From Acutalibacteraceae bacterium (GTDB lineage Bacteria > Bacillota > Clostridia > Oscillospirales > Acutalibacteraceae), in NCBI GenBank assembly GCA_045590515.1, contig JAZNRD010000033.1, positions 51,456-115,455 of the forward strand: 64,000 nt of DNA, written 5' to 3'. The notes under the pieces were generated by a model. That model did no database searches. It was not told the origin of the DNA and saw only the letters and a list, made by a program, of their open reading frames with translations. Below, one piece after another: positions 18,257-26,891 of the stretch; the stretch's first letter is position 1, and each line of letters opens with the position of its first letter. The translations under genes were made by a program, and so were the position numbers.

Positions 18257-19265
18257 TCACAAACACCGCCTTAATGAAACCAACGGGACGCTTGCGCGCA
18301 AGTTCCAAGCCCTCCTTAAAATCAGATAGCTTAAGCTTTTTAGTAATAAAGGGGCTAAGGTCAACAACGCCGTCTGCCATAAGCTCTGCCGCGCGTTTGT
18401 GCATATTCCAGTTGTTTCCTGCACCTATAACTTTAAGGTTATTGATATGTATATCGTCAATTCGTATGTTCATCACTTTTCCGCCGCCGTAACCTGCCAG
18501 AGCAACTACTCCGCCCTTTCTTGCAAGCTTGAATGCAGCTGAAATACACTCTTCTGCCCCCGTCGCATCAATAATTACATCTGTACCGTCGGGGTGTAGC
18601 TTCTTCATTTCTTCAAAGATGTCCTGTTCCTTATTTGCAACCGTAGCATATGCACCCATTTCTTTCGCAATTTCCAAGCGCGACTGTCTGGTAGCACAAA
18701 CAACAATATTTCTCATTCCCAAGGCTTTTCCTGCCGCAAGCATACAAAGACCAATAGAACCTGCACCAAATATAAGCATTGTCTGTCCTGCCTTTGCGTG
18801 TGCCTTTTTAAGCGTTCCAAGCGCAACACCCAAAGGCTCGCAAAGTGCAGCATTTTCAAAAGGAACATTTTCAGGTTTTTCTACAAGCCCGTATACGGGG
18901 AATATAGCATACTCTGCATAAGCGCCGTTGCGCTTAAAGCCGATTTCCTCAAAGTTCTTACAATAGCGCCATTCGCCCCTTCTGCAAGCATCACACTTTA
19001 GGCACACAACATCGCTACTGCCTATTACACTTTTTCCAATCCAGTGACTGTCCTCTTCGCTTCCTACCGCATCAACTATTCCGCTCCACTCGTGTCCTGG
19101 AATAAGAGGATAGTTAGCGGCAATATTTCCGTCTACAACCTCTAAATCCGTAGCGCAAATTGCTGCGGCCTTTATTTTTATTCTTGCAAATCCCGGCGCC
19201 GGAATGGGTTTCTCTGTCTCAATAAGTCTAACCTCGTGGGGCTTTGTAATTTCTACTGCTTTCAT
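18249..19265 (-). CDS. zinc-dependent medium-chain dehydrogenase (sorbitol / L-threonine dehydrogenase-like)
   Basis: 338 aa. Catalytic-zinc region CATDLEV...GHEWSG, structural-zinc cluster CLKCDACRRGEWRYC, and NAD-binding GAGSIG. Confidence 0.85.
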   Translation of the reverse strand: MKAVEITKPHEVRLIETEKPIPAPGFARIKIKAAAICATDLEVVDGNIAANYPLIPGHEWSGIVDAVGSEEDSHWIGKSVIGSSDVVCLKCDACRRGEWRYCKNFEEIGFKRNGAYAEYAIFPVYGLVEKPENVPFENAALCEPLGVALGTLKKAHAKAGQTMLIFGAGSIGLCMLAAGKALGMRNIVVCATRQSRLEIAKEMGAYATVANKEQDIFEEMKKLHPDGTDVIIDATGAEECISAAFKLARKGGVVALAGYGGGKVMNIRIDDIHINNLKVIGAGNNWNMHKRAAELMADGVVDLSPFITKKLKLSDFKEGLELARKRPVGFIKAVFVND

Positions 19266-19275
19266 TTTCTACTCC

Positions 19276-20391
19276 TTAAAATTCTATCTTATCGGAAAAG
19301 CGTTCTATTGCAATAAGTGCAGCACCGGTTGCGGCGTGTTCGGTTTCTGCTATTTGAATATTTAATTTGCCGTCTGCAGCTGCCGCTAAGCCTTTGTTAA
19401 ACCGCTCTTCAAAGATATCTCTATATCTCCACATATCTCCACACAAAACAATGTTGTTTACACAGAGAAGATGGGCGATATTGGAAAGCTCTTTTGAAAG
19501 ATAATCTGCCATATTATTAAAAAGCTCGGTCGCAAATGTGTCGCCGCTTCGCGCTTTTTGCGCGAGAGCCTCAAAGCTCATACCCGATAGGCGTTCCATT
19601 CCCGACTGTGAAGCATAAGCTTCCATGCAGCCGCATTTTCCGCAGGTGCACCGTGCGCCGTTTGTTTCGACGATACTATGACCTAACTCAAACATACCGA
19701 TACGCTTAAAAATCTCGCCGCCAATCATCACAGCCATACCAATACCCCTGTCCACGCGAACAAGAATGATACTGTCTATATTTTTACGCACAGAAAAGGC
19801 ATACAAGCTGCAATTAGGGTCATGCTCCAAAAATACGGGAATTGATAAGTGCTGCTCAAGCATATCTGCAAGCGGAACGTTCTCCCAATCGGTAAGCATA
19901 GGACCTTGAATTGAGATACCGTTTTGTGAATCAACAAGGCCTTGCATTGCAACCCCTGCGCATAATATATGATACCTTTCGGTGCTCCGCTTTACCTGCT
20001 GTGAAAACTCAAAAATCTCATTAAGCATAGAGTCTTTATCCTTATAGGTAGGTATCCTCTTATAACGCTCTATAACCTCACCCTTAAGGTTCATTAAAAC
20101 TGCTTTAAATCCCGAGGCGTTTATATCAAAGCCAATTATGAAATGGTCGTTTGTATTAACATCAAGATAAGACGGGAGTCTGCCTGCACTGCCTCTTCCC
20201 TCTGCCTTGGTTTCTACTATATATTTTTCCTCAGACAAACGCGAAACTATATTTGAAACCGCGCCCCAGCTTAGATTCGTAATCTCTTGAAGCTGTGAAC
20301 GGAGCAACGGCCCGTTTTTTCTTATAATGCTGAAAACATCTGCTGCGTTGGCCTGCTTTATATCCTGTTGATTTATACACTTACCCCTCAC
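19276..20391 (-). CDS. ROK-family transcriptional regulator (N-terminal wHTH + ROK sugar-kinase-like domain)
   Basis: 371 aa. wHTH region followed by the ROK zinc motif GHSIVETNGARCTCGKCGCMEAY. GTG start preceded by GGAGG. First gene of the minus-strand operon. Confidence 0.85.
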   Translation of the reverse strand: MRGKCINQQDIKQANAADVFSIIRKNGPLLRSQLQEITNLSWGAVSNIVSRLSEEKYIVETKAEGRGSAGRLPSYLDVNTNDHFIIGFDINASGFKAVLMNLKGEVIERYKRIPTYKDKDSMLNEIFEFSQQVKRSTERYHILCAGVAMQGLVDSQNGISIQGPMLTDWENVPLADMLEQHLSIPVFLEHDPNCSLYAFSVRKNIDSIILVRVDRGIGMAVMIGGEIFKRIGMFELGHSIVETNGARCTCGKCGCMEAYASQSGMERLSGMSFEALAQKARSGDTFATELFNNMADYLSKELSNIAHLLCVNNIVLCGDMWRYRDIFEERFNKGLAAAADGKLNIQIAETEHAATGAALIAIERFSDKIEF

Positions 20392-20406
20392 GCAAGCACC
20401 TCCTTG

Positions 20407-20441
20407 TTGACAATTTTATCATTCGGTGATATAATTGTCAA
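20407..20441 (+). promoter_or_regulatory. consensus sigma-A promoter TTGACA-17-TATAAT, bracketed by the inverted repeat TTGACAATT / AATTGTCAA
   Basis: TTGACA at 20407-20412, a 17-nt spacer, TATAAT at 20430-20435. The inverted-repeat arms are 20407-20415 and 20433-20441. Located in the divergent ROK / MBL intergenic region. Confidence 0.7.
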
Positions 20442-20475
20442 GGCGTAAGAAAGCAAACTTGAGGAGATATATTAA

Positions 20476-21297
20476 ATGAAATCAAAAATAACAAAAACTG
20501 AACTATTAAATAGCCAATTTGGATTATTCTTCTTAGGTGGAATTGGCTTCATAATAAAGCATAAAGATAAATACATAATGATAGACGGATATCTGTCCGA
20601 TTATGTTGATAAAAACTGCTGCACTGAGCTTGTAAAGTGGGTAAGAAACTACCCTGCCCCGATTTCTCCTGACGAGCTTGATTTTATTGATTATGTTTTC
20701 TGCACACATTCACACTACGACCACGCCGACCCCGAGACTTTATCTGTTTTAGCAAAAATAAATAAGAAAGCAAAATTCTTTGCAAGCAAACCCATCACCG
20801 ATATAATCGCCCAATACGGAATTGAGCGCGAGAGAATTGTCGGTCTGGAAACCGATGTTAAATATGAAATATGCGACTGGTTTTCGGTTACGGCAATTCC
20901 TGCCGCACACGAGCAAATTCACAAGGCTGCAGACGGAAACTGCCTTGAGGTAGGATTTATTCTTGACATTGACGGAAAGCGTTTCTTCCATTCGGGTGAC
21001 TGTTGCCCATACTTAGGACTTGAAGAGAGAATCAAAGGCACCGATGTGCTGATTCTTCCCGTCAACGGAAGGGATTATTACCGAACCAATATTTTGGATA
21101 TTATAGGCTGTTTTGATAGCCGTGAGGCAGTAACGCTTGCCAAAAATATCGGTGCAGGACTACTTATTCCCGTTCATATAGGTCTATACGATGTGAACAC
21201 AGCAAGCGAGGCAGGCTTTGTTGATGCAATAAAAACAATAGCTCCTTATCAGCCTTTCCATATGTTCACTCCCGGTGAAAAATATATTATAGATTAA
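20476..21297 (+). CDS. MBL-fold metallo-hydrolase (UlaG / lactonase-like)
   Basis: 273 aa. Metal-binding motif CTHSHYDHAD, plus downstream His and Asp residues. Confidence 0.75.
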   Translation: MKSKITKTELLNSQFGLFFLGGIGFIIKHKDKYIMIDGYLSDYVDKNCCTELVKWVRNYPAPISPDELDFIDYVFCTHSHYDHADPETLSVLAKINKKAKFFASKPITDIIAQYGIERERIVGLETDVKYEICDWFSVTAIPAAHEQIHKAADGNCLEVGFILDIDGKRFFHSGDCCPYLGLEERIKGTDVLILPVNGRDYYRTNILDIIGCFDSREAVTLAKNIGAGLLIPVHIGLYDVNTASEAGFVDAIKTIAPYQPFHMFTPGEKYIID

Positions 21298-21302
21298 AAT
21301 AA

Positions 21303-21333
21303 AAAACCGACAGTCAATAGACTGTCGGTTTTA
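21303..21333. terminator. bidirectional terminator
   Basis: AAAACCGACAGTC-AATAG-ACTGTCGGTTTT between convergent genes. Confidence 0.8.
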
Positions 21334-21336
21334 GTT

Positions 21337-22038
21337 TTAGCCACCAAGATATGCTTTTTTGATAGCGTCGCTTTGTGCAAGCTCTGCGCCCGTACCCGAG
21401 AGGGCAATTCTGCCCGATTCAAGTACATACGCGCGGTCGGCAACCTGCAGCGCCATTTCGGCGTTCTGCTCAACAAGCAGAATGGTTGTGCCTGCCATGT
21501 GAAGCTCCTTAATAATATCAAATATCTGCTGAACGAGGATAGGCGCCAATCCCATTGACGGCTCGTCAAGCATTAAAAGCTTGGGTCTGCTCATAAGTGC
21601 GCGGCCCATAGCCAGCATCTGCTGTTCACCGCCCGAAAGAGTACCAGCTATCTGGCTTTTGCGGTGCTTAAGGCGCGGGAAACGCTTATAAACATCCTCA
21701 ATAAGCTCCTTAACCTTGCCCTTTTCGGTGGTATATGCGCCCATTTCAAGATTTTCCTGTACGGTCATCTGCAAGAAAATGCGGCGTCCCTCGGGAACGT
21801 GCGCCATACCCTTTGATACAAGACGGTATGCATCGGTGTGAGAAATATCCTCGTCAAAGAGGGTTATAGAGCCCGTTTTTGAACGGAGAAGACCCGAAAT
21901 AGTTTTAAGGGTTGTTGACTTACCTGCGCCGTTTGCACCGATAAGAGCCACAATTTCACCCTCGTTAACCTCAAGCGAAACACCTTTAAGGGCGTGAATA
22001 TTGCCGTAATAAACATTTATATTGTCTACCTTTAACAT
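21337..22038 (-). CDS. livF: branched-chain amino acid ABC transporter, ATP-binding protein LivF-type
   Basis: 233 aa. Walker A GANGAGKST, signature LSGGEQQML, and the C-terminal KKAYLGG typical of LivF. Confidence 0.9.
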   Translation of the reverse strand: MLKVDNINVYYGNIHALKGVSLEVNEGEIVALIGANGAGKSTTLKTISGLLRSKTGSITLFDEDISHTDAYRLVSKGMAHVPEGRRIFLQMTVQENLEMGAYTTEKGKVKELIEDVYKRFPRLKHRKSQIAGTLSGGEQQMLAMGRALMSRPKLLMLDEPSMGLAPILVQQIFDIIKELHMAGTTILLVEQNAEMALQVADRAYVLESGRIALSGTGAELAQSDAIKKAYLGG

Positions 22039-22040
22039 AC

Positions 22041-22871
22041 TTAGCCCTCCTTCTTCTTGCCGAGGTATGCTTCAATAACCACGGGGTTAGCCTGAATCTC
22101 TGCAGGTGTGCCCTTAGCAATAACTTTACCGTGGTCAAGCACGCAGATGCCCTCGCAAAGATTCATAACAAGGCTCATATCGTGTTCGATAAGCAGAACA
22201 GCGATATTAAAGGTGTCACGAATTTTACGAATATTTTCCATAAGCTCTGCCGTTTCGGACGGGTTCATACCTGCGGCAGGCTCGTCAAGCAGTATAATTC
22301 CCGGGTTGGTTGCAAGCGCACGGACAATCTCAAGTCTGCGCTGTGCACCGTACGGGAGGCTGCCGGCCTGTGCGTAAGCTAAATCAGACATATGGAAGAA
22401 ATCAAGCAGCTCAATAGCCTTGTCCTTAGCCACTCTCTCTGCCTTTTTGTAGCCAAAGGTGTGAGTAACCGAGGATAAGAAGGATTCGTGCATTGAGTTG
22501 TGAAGACCAACCTTTACATTGTCGAGAACCGACATATTTGAGAACAGACGAATATTCTGGAAGGTACGGGCAATACCCATACGGTTGACCTGTGCGGTAG
22601 TTTTGCCCGCGGTCGGCTTGCCGTCAAGCAGTATTGTACCGCGCGTAGGCTGATAAACATTGGTAAGCATATTAAACACGGTGGTCTTACCTGCACCGTT
22701 GGGTCCTATAAGACCTGAAATTTCGGTTCTGCCGATGGTAAGTGACAGCTCGTCAACAGCAGTAAGTCCGCCGAAATCTATACCAAGGTGGTGGGTTTCA
22801 AGAATCGGGCGCTTGTCAATGTCGCGCTCGGGGATAATTCCACGACTGGGAACCGGTACCATTTTAGACAT
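22041..22871 (-). CDS. livG: branched-chain amino acid ABC transporter, ATP-binding protein LivG-type
   Basis: Walker A GPNGAGKTT and the LivG-type C-terminal extension (IEAYLG). Start set to ATG 22871 (MSKMVPV), which lies 9 nt after GAGGAGG. The ORF track begins at an upstream GTG. Confidence 0.9.
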   Translation of the reverse strand: MSKMVPVPSRGIIPERDIDKRPILETHHLGIDFGGLTAVDELSLTIGRTEISGLIGPNGAGKTTVFNMLTNVYQPTRGTILLDGKPTAGKTTAQVNRMGIARTFQNIRLFSNMSVLDNVKVGLHNSMHESFLSSVTHTFGYKKAERVAKDKAIELLDFFHMSDLAYAQAGSLPYGAQRRLEIVRALATNPGIILLDEPAAGMNPSETAELMENIRKIRDTFNIAVLLIEHDMSLVMNLCEGICVLDHGKVIAKGTPAEIQANPVVIEAYLGKKKEG

Positions 22872-23955
22872 TCTCTTCACCCTCCTCTACCTTTTTCTTC
22901 TTAAATAAGTTCTTTACCTTGCCGAAAAGCTTTTCGCGCATCATAATAGCATTTTTGCTGTTGGTTGCAATCATAACAACAATCAGAACTATAGCGTAGA
23001 TAAGCATACGGTAGTCGGCAAATTCACGCAGAAGCTCGGGCACCATATAGAGTATGGTGGTTGCAATAATTGAGCCTGTGATATTGCCCATTCCGCCGAG
23101 AACGACGAAAACGAGAACTAAAATAGATGTATTGAAGTCAAACTTCTTAGCTGCAACGGTCGAGAAGTTCATAGCATAAAGTGCGCCCGCCATACCCGCT
23201 AAAGCAGCAGAGGTAATAAATGCGGTAAGCTTATACTTTGTTATGCTGATACCAACCGACTCAGCCGCAATTCTGTTATCGCGTATTGCGGTAATAGCAC
23301 GGCCTGTACGGCTGTTTATAAGGTTAAGCACTATAAACAGTGTGAACAGTATAAGCACTATACCCGAGGTAAAGGTTGCAATCTTCTGTATACCGACAGC
23401 GCCCTGCGGACCGTTTAGGATAACGCGTCCGTTTTCCATTCCAAGTGATGCAATATCGGTCATACTGATGTGAAGACCGTTTTTATCAATACCTATGTAA
23501 AGACAGTTTATAATGTTACGGATGATTTCACCGAACGCCAGGGTTACGATAGCGAGATAGTCACCGCGCAGGCGCAGAACAGGTATGCCTATGAGCAGTC
23601 CCGCAATTCCTGCGAAAAGTCCGCCTACAACTATTGCTATGAGCAGACGAAGCGGAGCGACGGTAATAACATCCTGTAAAGCAGAGGATGCCACAACGCC
23701 GCAGAATGCACCAACCGACATAAAACCTGCGTGACCGAGCGAAAGCTCTCCAAGTATACCAACCGTAAGGTTAAGCGAAATTGCCATAACGATATAGGTA
23801 CAGATGGGCACAAGCTGACCCGAGATTGAGTTAGAGAGCAGTCCAAATTGCTGCAACGGGAACATAATAAGGAATGCGATTATTACTATTCCATAAGAAC
23901 TGAGTGCGGTGCGTGAGGATTTGCTTAAATTCTTTAATTTCTGCATAACTTTCAC
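22864..23955 (-). CDS. livM: branched-chain amino acid ABC transporter permease LivM-type
   Basis: 363 aa, polytopic membrane protein in conserved operon position. Confidence 0.88.
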   Translation of the reverse strand: MKVMQKLKNLSKSSRTALSSYGIVIIAFLIMFPLQQFGLLSNSISGQLVPICTYIVMAISLNLTVGILGELSLGHAGFMSVGAFCGVVASSALQDVITVAPLRLLIAIVVGGLFAGIAGLLIGIPVLRLRGDYLAIVTLAFGEIIRNIINCLYIGIDKNGLHISMTDIASLGMENGRVILNGPQGAVGIQKIATFTSGIVLILFTLFIVLNLINSRTGRAITAIRDNRIAAESVGISITKYKLTAFITSAALAGMAGALYAMNFSTVAAKKFDFNTSILVLVFVVLGGMGNITGSIIATTILYMVPELLREFADYRMLIYAIVLIVVMIATNSKNAIMMREKLFGKVKNLFKKKKVEEGEENV

Positions 23956-23956
23956 C

Positions 23957-24841
23957 TCACACCTTTTCGCTTATCTTCTTGCCGAGAAGTCCGGTGGGCT
24001 TTATGAGCAAGACGAGTATCAGTACAGCAAACACGATAGCATCTGAAAGCTCGGTCGAGATATAGTATTTACTGAAGGTTTCAATAATTCCGAGCAAGAG
24101 TCCGCCGACCATAGCGCCGGGGATAGAGCCGATTCCGCCGAAAACCGCAGCGGTGAACGCCTTGATTCCGGGCATTGAGCCGGTTGTCGGCATAACAACG
24201 GGATATGCCGAGCAAAGCAGTACGCCTGCGATAGCGGCGAGTGCCGAGCCTATTGCAAAGGTTGCGGAAATGGTAACATTTACATTTATACCCATAAGCT
24301 CTGCCGCGCCCTTATCCTCTGAAACGGCACGCATTGCCTTACCGAGCTTACTGTTCTTGGTGAACAGAGTCAGTACAATCATTATTACGATACACGCAAG
24401 AATTGTAACGAGCGACTCACCCGTTATAATAAGCTGTCCGTCGAATAGCGATATTGCTTCTATTCCGATAACCGAGGTAAAGCCCTTAGGTGCACTGCCC
24501 CAAATAAGCAGGGCAGCGTTCTGTAAGAAATAGCTTACACCGATTGCGGTTATAAGTACGGCAAGCGAGGAGGCTTGTCTTAGAGGCTTGTACGCAAGAC
24601 GCTCAATTATTATACCGAGCAGCGTGCACACCACCATTGCTATAAGTATTGCGACAATGGAGGGAAGTCCCAACGACGACATTGCAATGAAGCACATATA
24701 TGCGCCTACCATTATAACGTCACCGTGTGCGAAGTTCAGCATCTTGGCTATTCCGTAAACCATTGTATAGCCCAAAGCTATAATGGCGTAAACGCTGCCA
24801 AGGCTTAAGCCGTTGATAAGATTGGTTAGAAAGGCCATCAA
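23957..24841 (-). CDS. livH: branched-chain amino acid ABC transporter permease LivH-type
   Basis: 294 aa, polytopic. N-terminus LINGLSLGSVYAIIALGYTMVYG is typical of LivH. Confidence 0.9.
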   Translation of the reverse strand: MMAFLTNLINGLSLGSVYAIIALGYTMVYGIAKMLNFAHGDVIMVGAYMCFIAMSSLGLPSIVAILIAMVVCTLLGIIIERLAYKPLRQASSLAVLITAIGVSYFLQNAALLIWGSAPKGFTSVIGIEAISLFDGQLIITGESLVTILACIVIMIVLTLFTKNSKLGKAMRAVSEDKGAAELMGINVNVTISATFAIGSALAAIAGVLLCSAYPVVMPTTGSMPGIKAFTAAVFGGIGSIPGAMVGGLLLGIIETFSKYYISTELSDAIVFAVLILVLLIKPTGLLGKKISEKV

Positions 24842-24905
24842 AACACCCCAAACAATAAAATATACAAATCAATTATACAACATTTGTTTTTAATTGTAAA
24901 TAAAA

Positions 24906-24931
24906 AAAGGGTTGAAATTCAACCCTTTTTT
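24906..24931 (-). terminator. intra-operon hairpin between the binding-protein gene and the permease genes (partial terminator / mRNA stabiliser)
   Basis: AAAGGGTTGAAATTCAACCCTTTT palindrome in the 113-nt gap between livJ and livH. Confidence 0.55.
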
Positions 24932-24954
24932 ACAATTTAATTTAGTTCTGAGGA

Positions 24955-26136
24955 TTAAAGACCAACATAAACGCCGTTCTCAATCTTCATACCCTTAGGA
25001 GACTTGGAAACTTCGCCGGTCTCAGACCAGGTCATTCCCTCACCGGTAAGACCGTCAAACTTGAACTCCTCGCTTGTGAAGCGTGCTTCGAGCTTAGCGC
25101 AGATGTCAGCGGCAGACATATCAGCGGTGATACCCTCAGCCTTGCAAGCCTCATAGAGTGCGTATACGCAGTCATAAGCGTCAGCAGCAAACTGGTTCGG
25201 AACCTCGCCGTACTTTTCCTTGTACTTTGCAACAAAGTTCTTGGTCTTGTCGTCCTCTGCGTCAGCAGTGAACGGAGTTAAGAGCATTACGCCCTCAGCA
25301 AGCTCGGTGTCGAAGCCTTCAACGGTGAGAAGACCGTCAAGACCGTCAACGCCGAAGAACTTAACGTCATAGTTCATCTGAGCAGCCTGTGCTAAGATAA
25401 GAGAAGCAGGTGTGTAGTAGATAGGCATAAAGATAAGGTCAGCGCCTGCAGCCTTAACAGCGTTAAGCTGAGCGTTGAAGTCGGTGTTGTCGTCGCTTGC
25501 AAAAGCCTGCTCTGCAACAACGTTAAGACCGAGCTCCTTAGACTTTGTCATAAACTTCTGATAGATTCCCTTGGAATAAGCATCAGCGTTGTTATAGATA
25601 ACACCAATCTTTTCGCCTAACTTCTGGTCAAAGATGTACTGTGCAGAAGCAATACCCTGGTTGGGGTCGGTAAAGCACATCTGGAATACATTAGACTTAC
25701 GCTGAATGGTAACATTGCCATCCTCATCCGGCTGACCACCGATAACATCGGTAGAAGAAGCGGAAGGAGTAAGCTCAAAAATCTTGTCAGCATTACTCTC
25801 GGTAGAAACAGCAATACAAGGCTGTGTTGTAACCGAGCCAACAAGAATCTGCATGCCCCAGTCCTTAAGTGCATTGTATGCATTTACAGACTTTTCAGCA
25901 TCATGCTCATCGTCCTGCATCTTGAACTCAAACTTAACGTCGCCTTCAAGAGCATTGATTTCCTCAACAGCTATTTCAGCACCGTGCTGAACAGCCTGAC
26001 CGTAAACAGCAGCGCCGCCGCTTATAGGTCCAATACCGCCAAGCTTAATGGTGTCCGAAGACCCTTTCTCTCCGCCGCAAGCTGCAAAGCTAAGTACGAG
26101 GCAAAGAGTTAACAAAATTGCGAGTAACTTTTTCAT
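24955..26136 (-). CDS. livJ: branched-chain amino acid ABC transporter substrate-binding lipoprotein
   Basis: 393 aa. Lipoprotein signal MKKLLAILLTLCLVLSFAACGG, followed by a type-I periplasmic binding fold. Confidence 0.88.
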   Translation of the reverse strand: MKKLLAILLTLCLVLSFAACGGEKGSSDTIKLGGIGPISGGAAVYGQAVQHGAEIAVEEINALEGDVKFEFKMQDDEHDAEKSVNAYNALKDWGMQILVGSVTTQPCIAVSTESNADKIFELTPSASSTDVIGGQPDEDGNVTIQRKSNVFQMCFTDPNQGIASAQYIFDQKLGEKIGVIYNNADAYSKGIYQKFMTKSKELGLNVVAEQAFASDDNTDFNAQLNAVKAAGADLIFMPIYYTPASLILAQAAQMNYDVKFFGVDGLDGLLTVEGFDTELAEGVMLLTPFTADAEDDKTKNFVAKYKEKYGEVPNQFAADAYDCVYALYEACKAEGITADMSAADICAKLEARFTSEEFKFDGLTGEGMTWSETGEVSKSPKGMKIENGVYVGL

Positions 26137-26168
26137 TTTTCTTCCTCCTGATTTTAACAGTTTAAAGC

Positions 26169-26197
26169 ATTATAGCGTTTTTTTATGCATTTGTCAA
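26169..26197 (-). promoter_or_regulatory. consensus sigma-A promoter of the liv operon (TTGACA-17-TATAAT on the minus strand)
   Basis: rc of 26192-26197 is TTGACA, a 17-nt spacer follows, and rc of 26169-26174 is TATAAT. Confidence 0.75.
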
Positions 26198-26257
26198 GCG
26201 AAAAATTGCAAAAAAATGTGGTTACAATTGGCATATTTTTATGTATTATGCAAAAAT

Positions 26258-26824
26258 TTAATACTCTTTTTGCTTTATTTCCTTTATTTTCCTATAGAGT
26301 TCCGCTACGGGAAGACCAACAACATTAAAATAGTCGCCCTTTATTTCCTTTACAAAGACGGCTCCCCTACCCTGAATTCCGTACGCACCCGCCTTATCCA
26401 TTGGCTCGCCCGATGCAATATATTCCATAATTTCGGCATCACTTAAAGGATAAAATGTAACCTCGGTGCTGACCGAAAAGCACTCTTCCTGCCCGTTAAG
26501 TTTAACACAGCACCCGGTTATAACGGTATGGGTTCTGCCCGAAAGTGAAGATAACATATTATAAGCCTCTGCTTGTGAATGAGGCTTGCCAAGCATTTTG
26601 CCGTCAAGAAAAACCGCGGTATCTGCGGCGATTATAAGCGCACCTTCGCGGCGCACAGCAACCTCGCGCGCTTTTTGCGTTGCAAGCAACGAAGGTCTTT
26701 CCATAGGCGCAATTCCCTGCGGACAGCGTTCCTCCTCTTTCGGAACATCTATTATAAAATCTTTCTGTATTAAGGCTAAAAGCTCTCGTCTTCGCGGCGA
26801 GGCCGAAGCTAAACAAAACTGCAT
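26258..26824 (-). CDS. maf: Maf-like nucleoside triphosphate pyrophosphatase
   Basis: 188 aa. LASASPRRRELL N-terminal motif and C-terminal KAGAYGIQG motif. Confidence 0.9.
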   Translation of the reverse strand: MQFCLASASPRRRELLALIQKDFIIDVPKEEERCPQGIAPMERPSLLATQKAREVAVRREGALIIAADTAVFLDGKMLGKPHSQAEAYNMLSSLSGRTHTVITGCCVKLNGQEECFSVSTEVTFYPLSDAEIMEYIASGEPMDKAGAYGIQGRGAVFVKEIKGDYFNVVGLPVAELYRKIKEIKQKEY

Positions 26825-26891
26825 ACATTCACCCCAAAAATAAAATCCTACGCTCTATTTTAGCATAGGATTTTATAATTTACAATTTATA

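Noticed and set aside
21294-21569. 91-aa minus-strand ORF overlapping the livF 3' end
   Set aside because: It is an alternative frame of livF that extends through the terminator. Nothing supports it.
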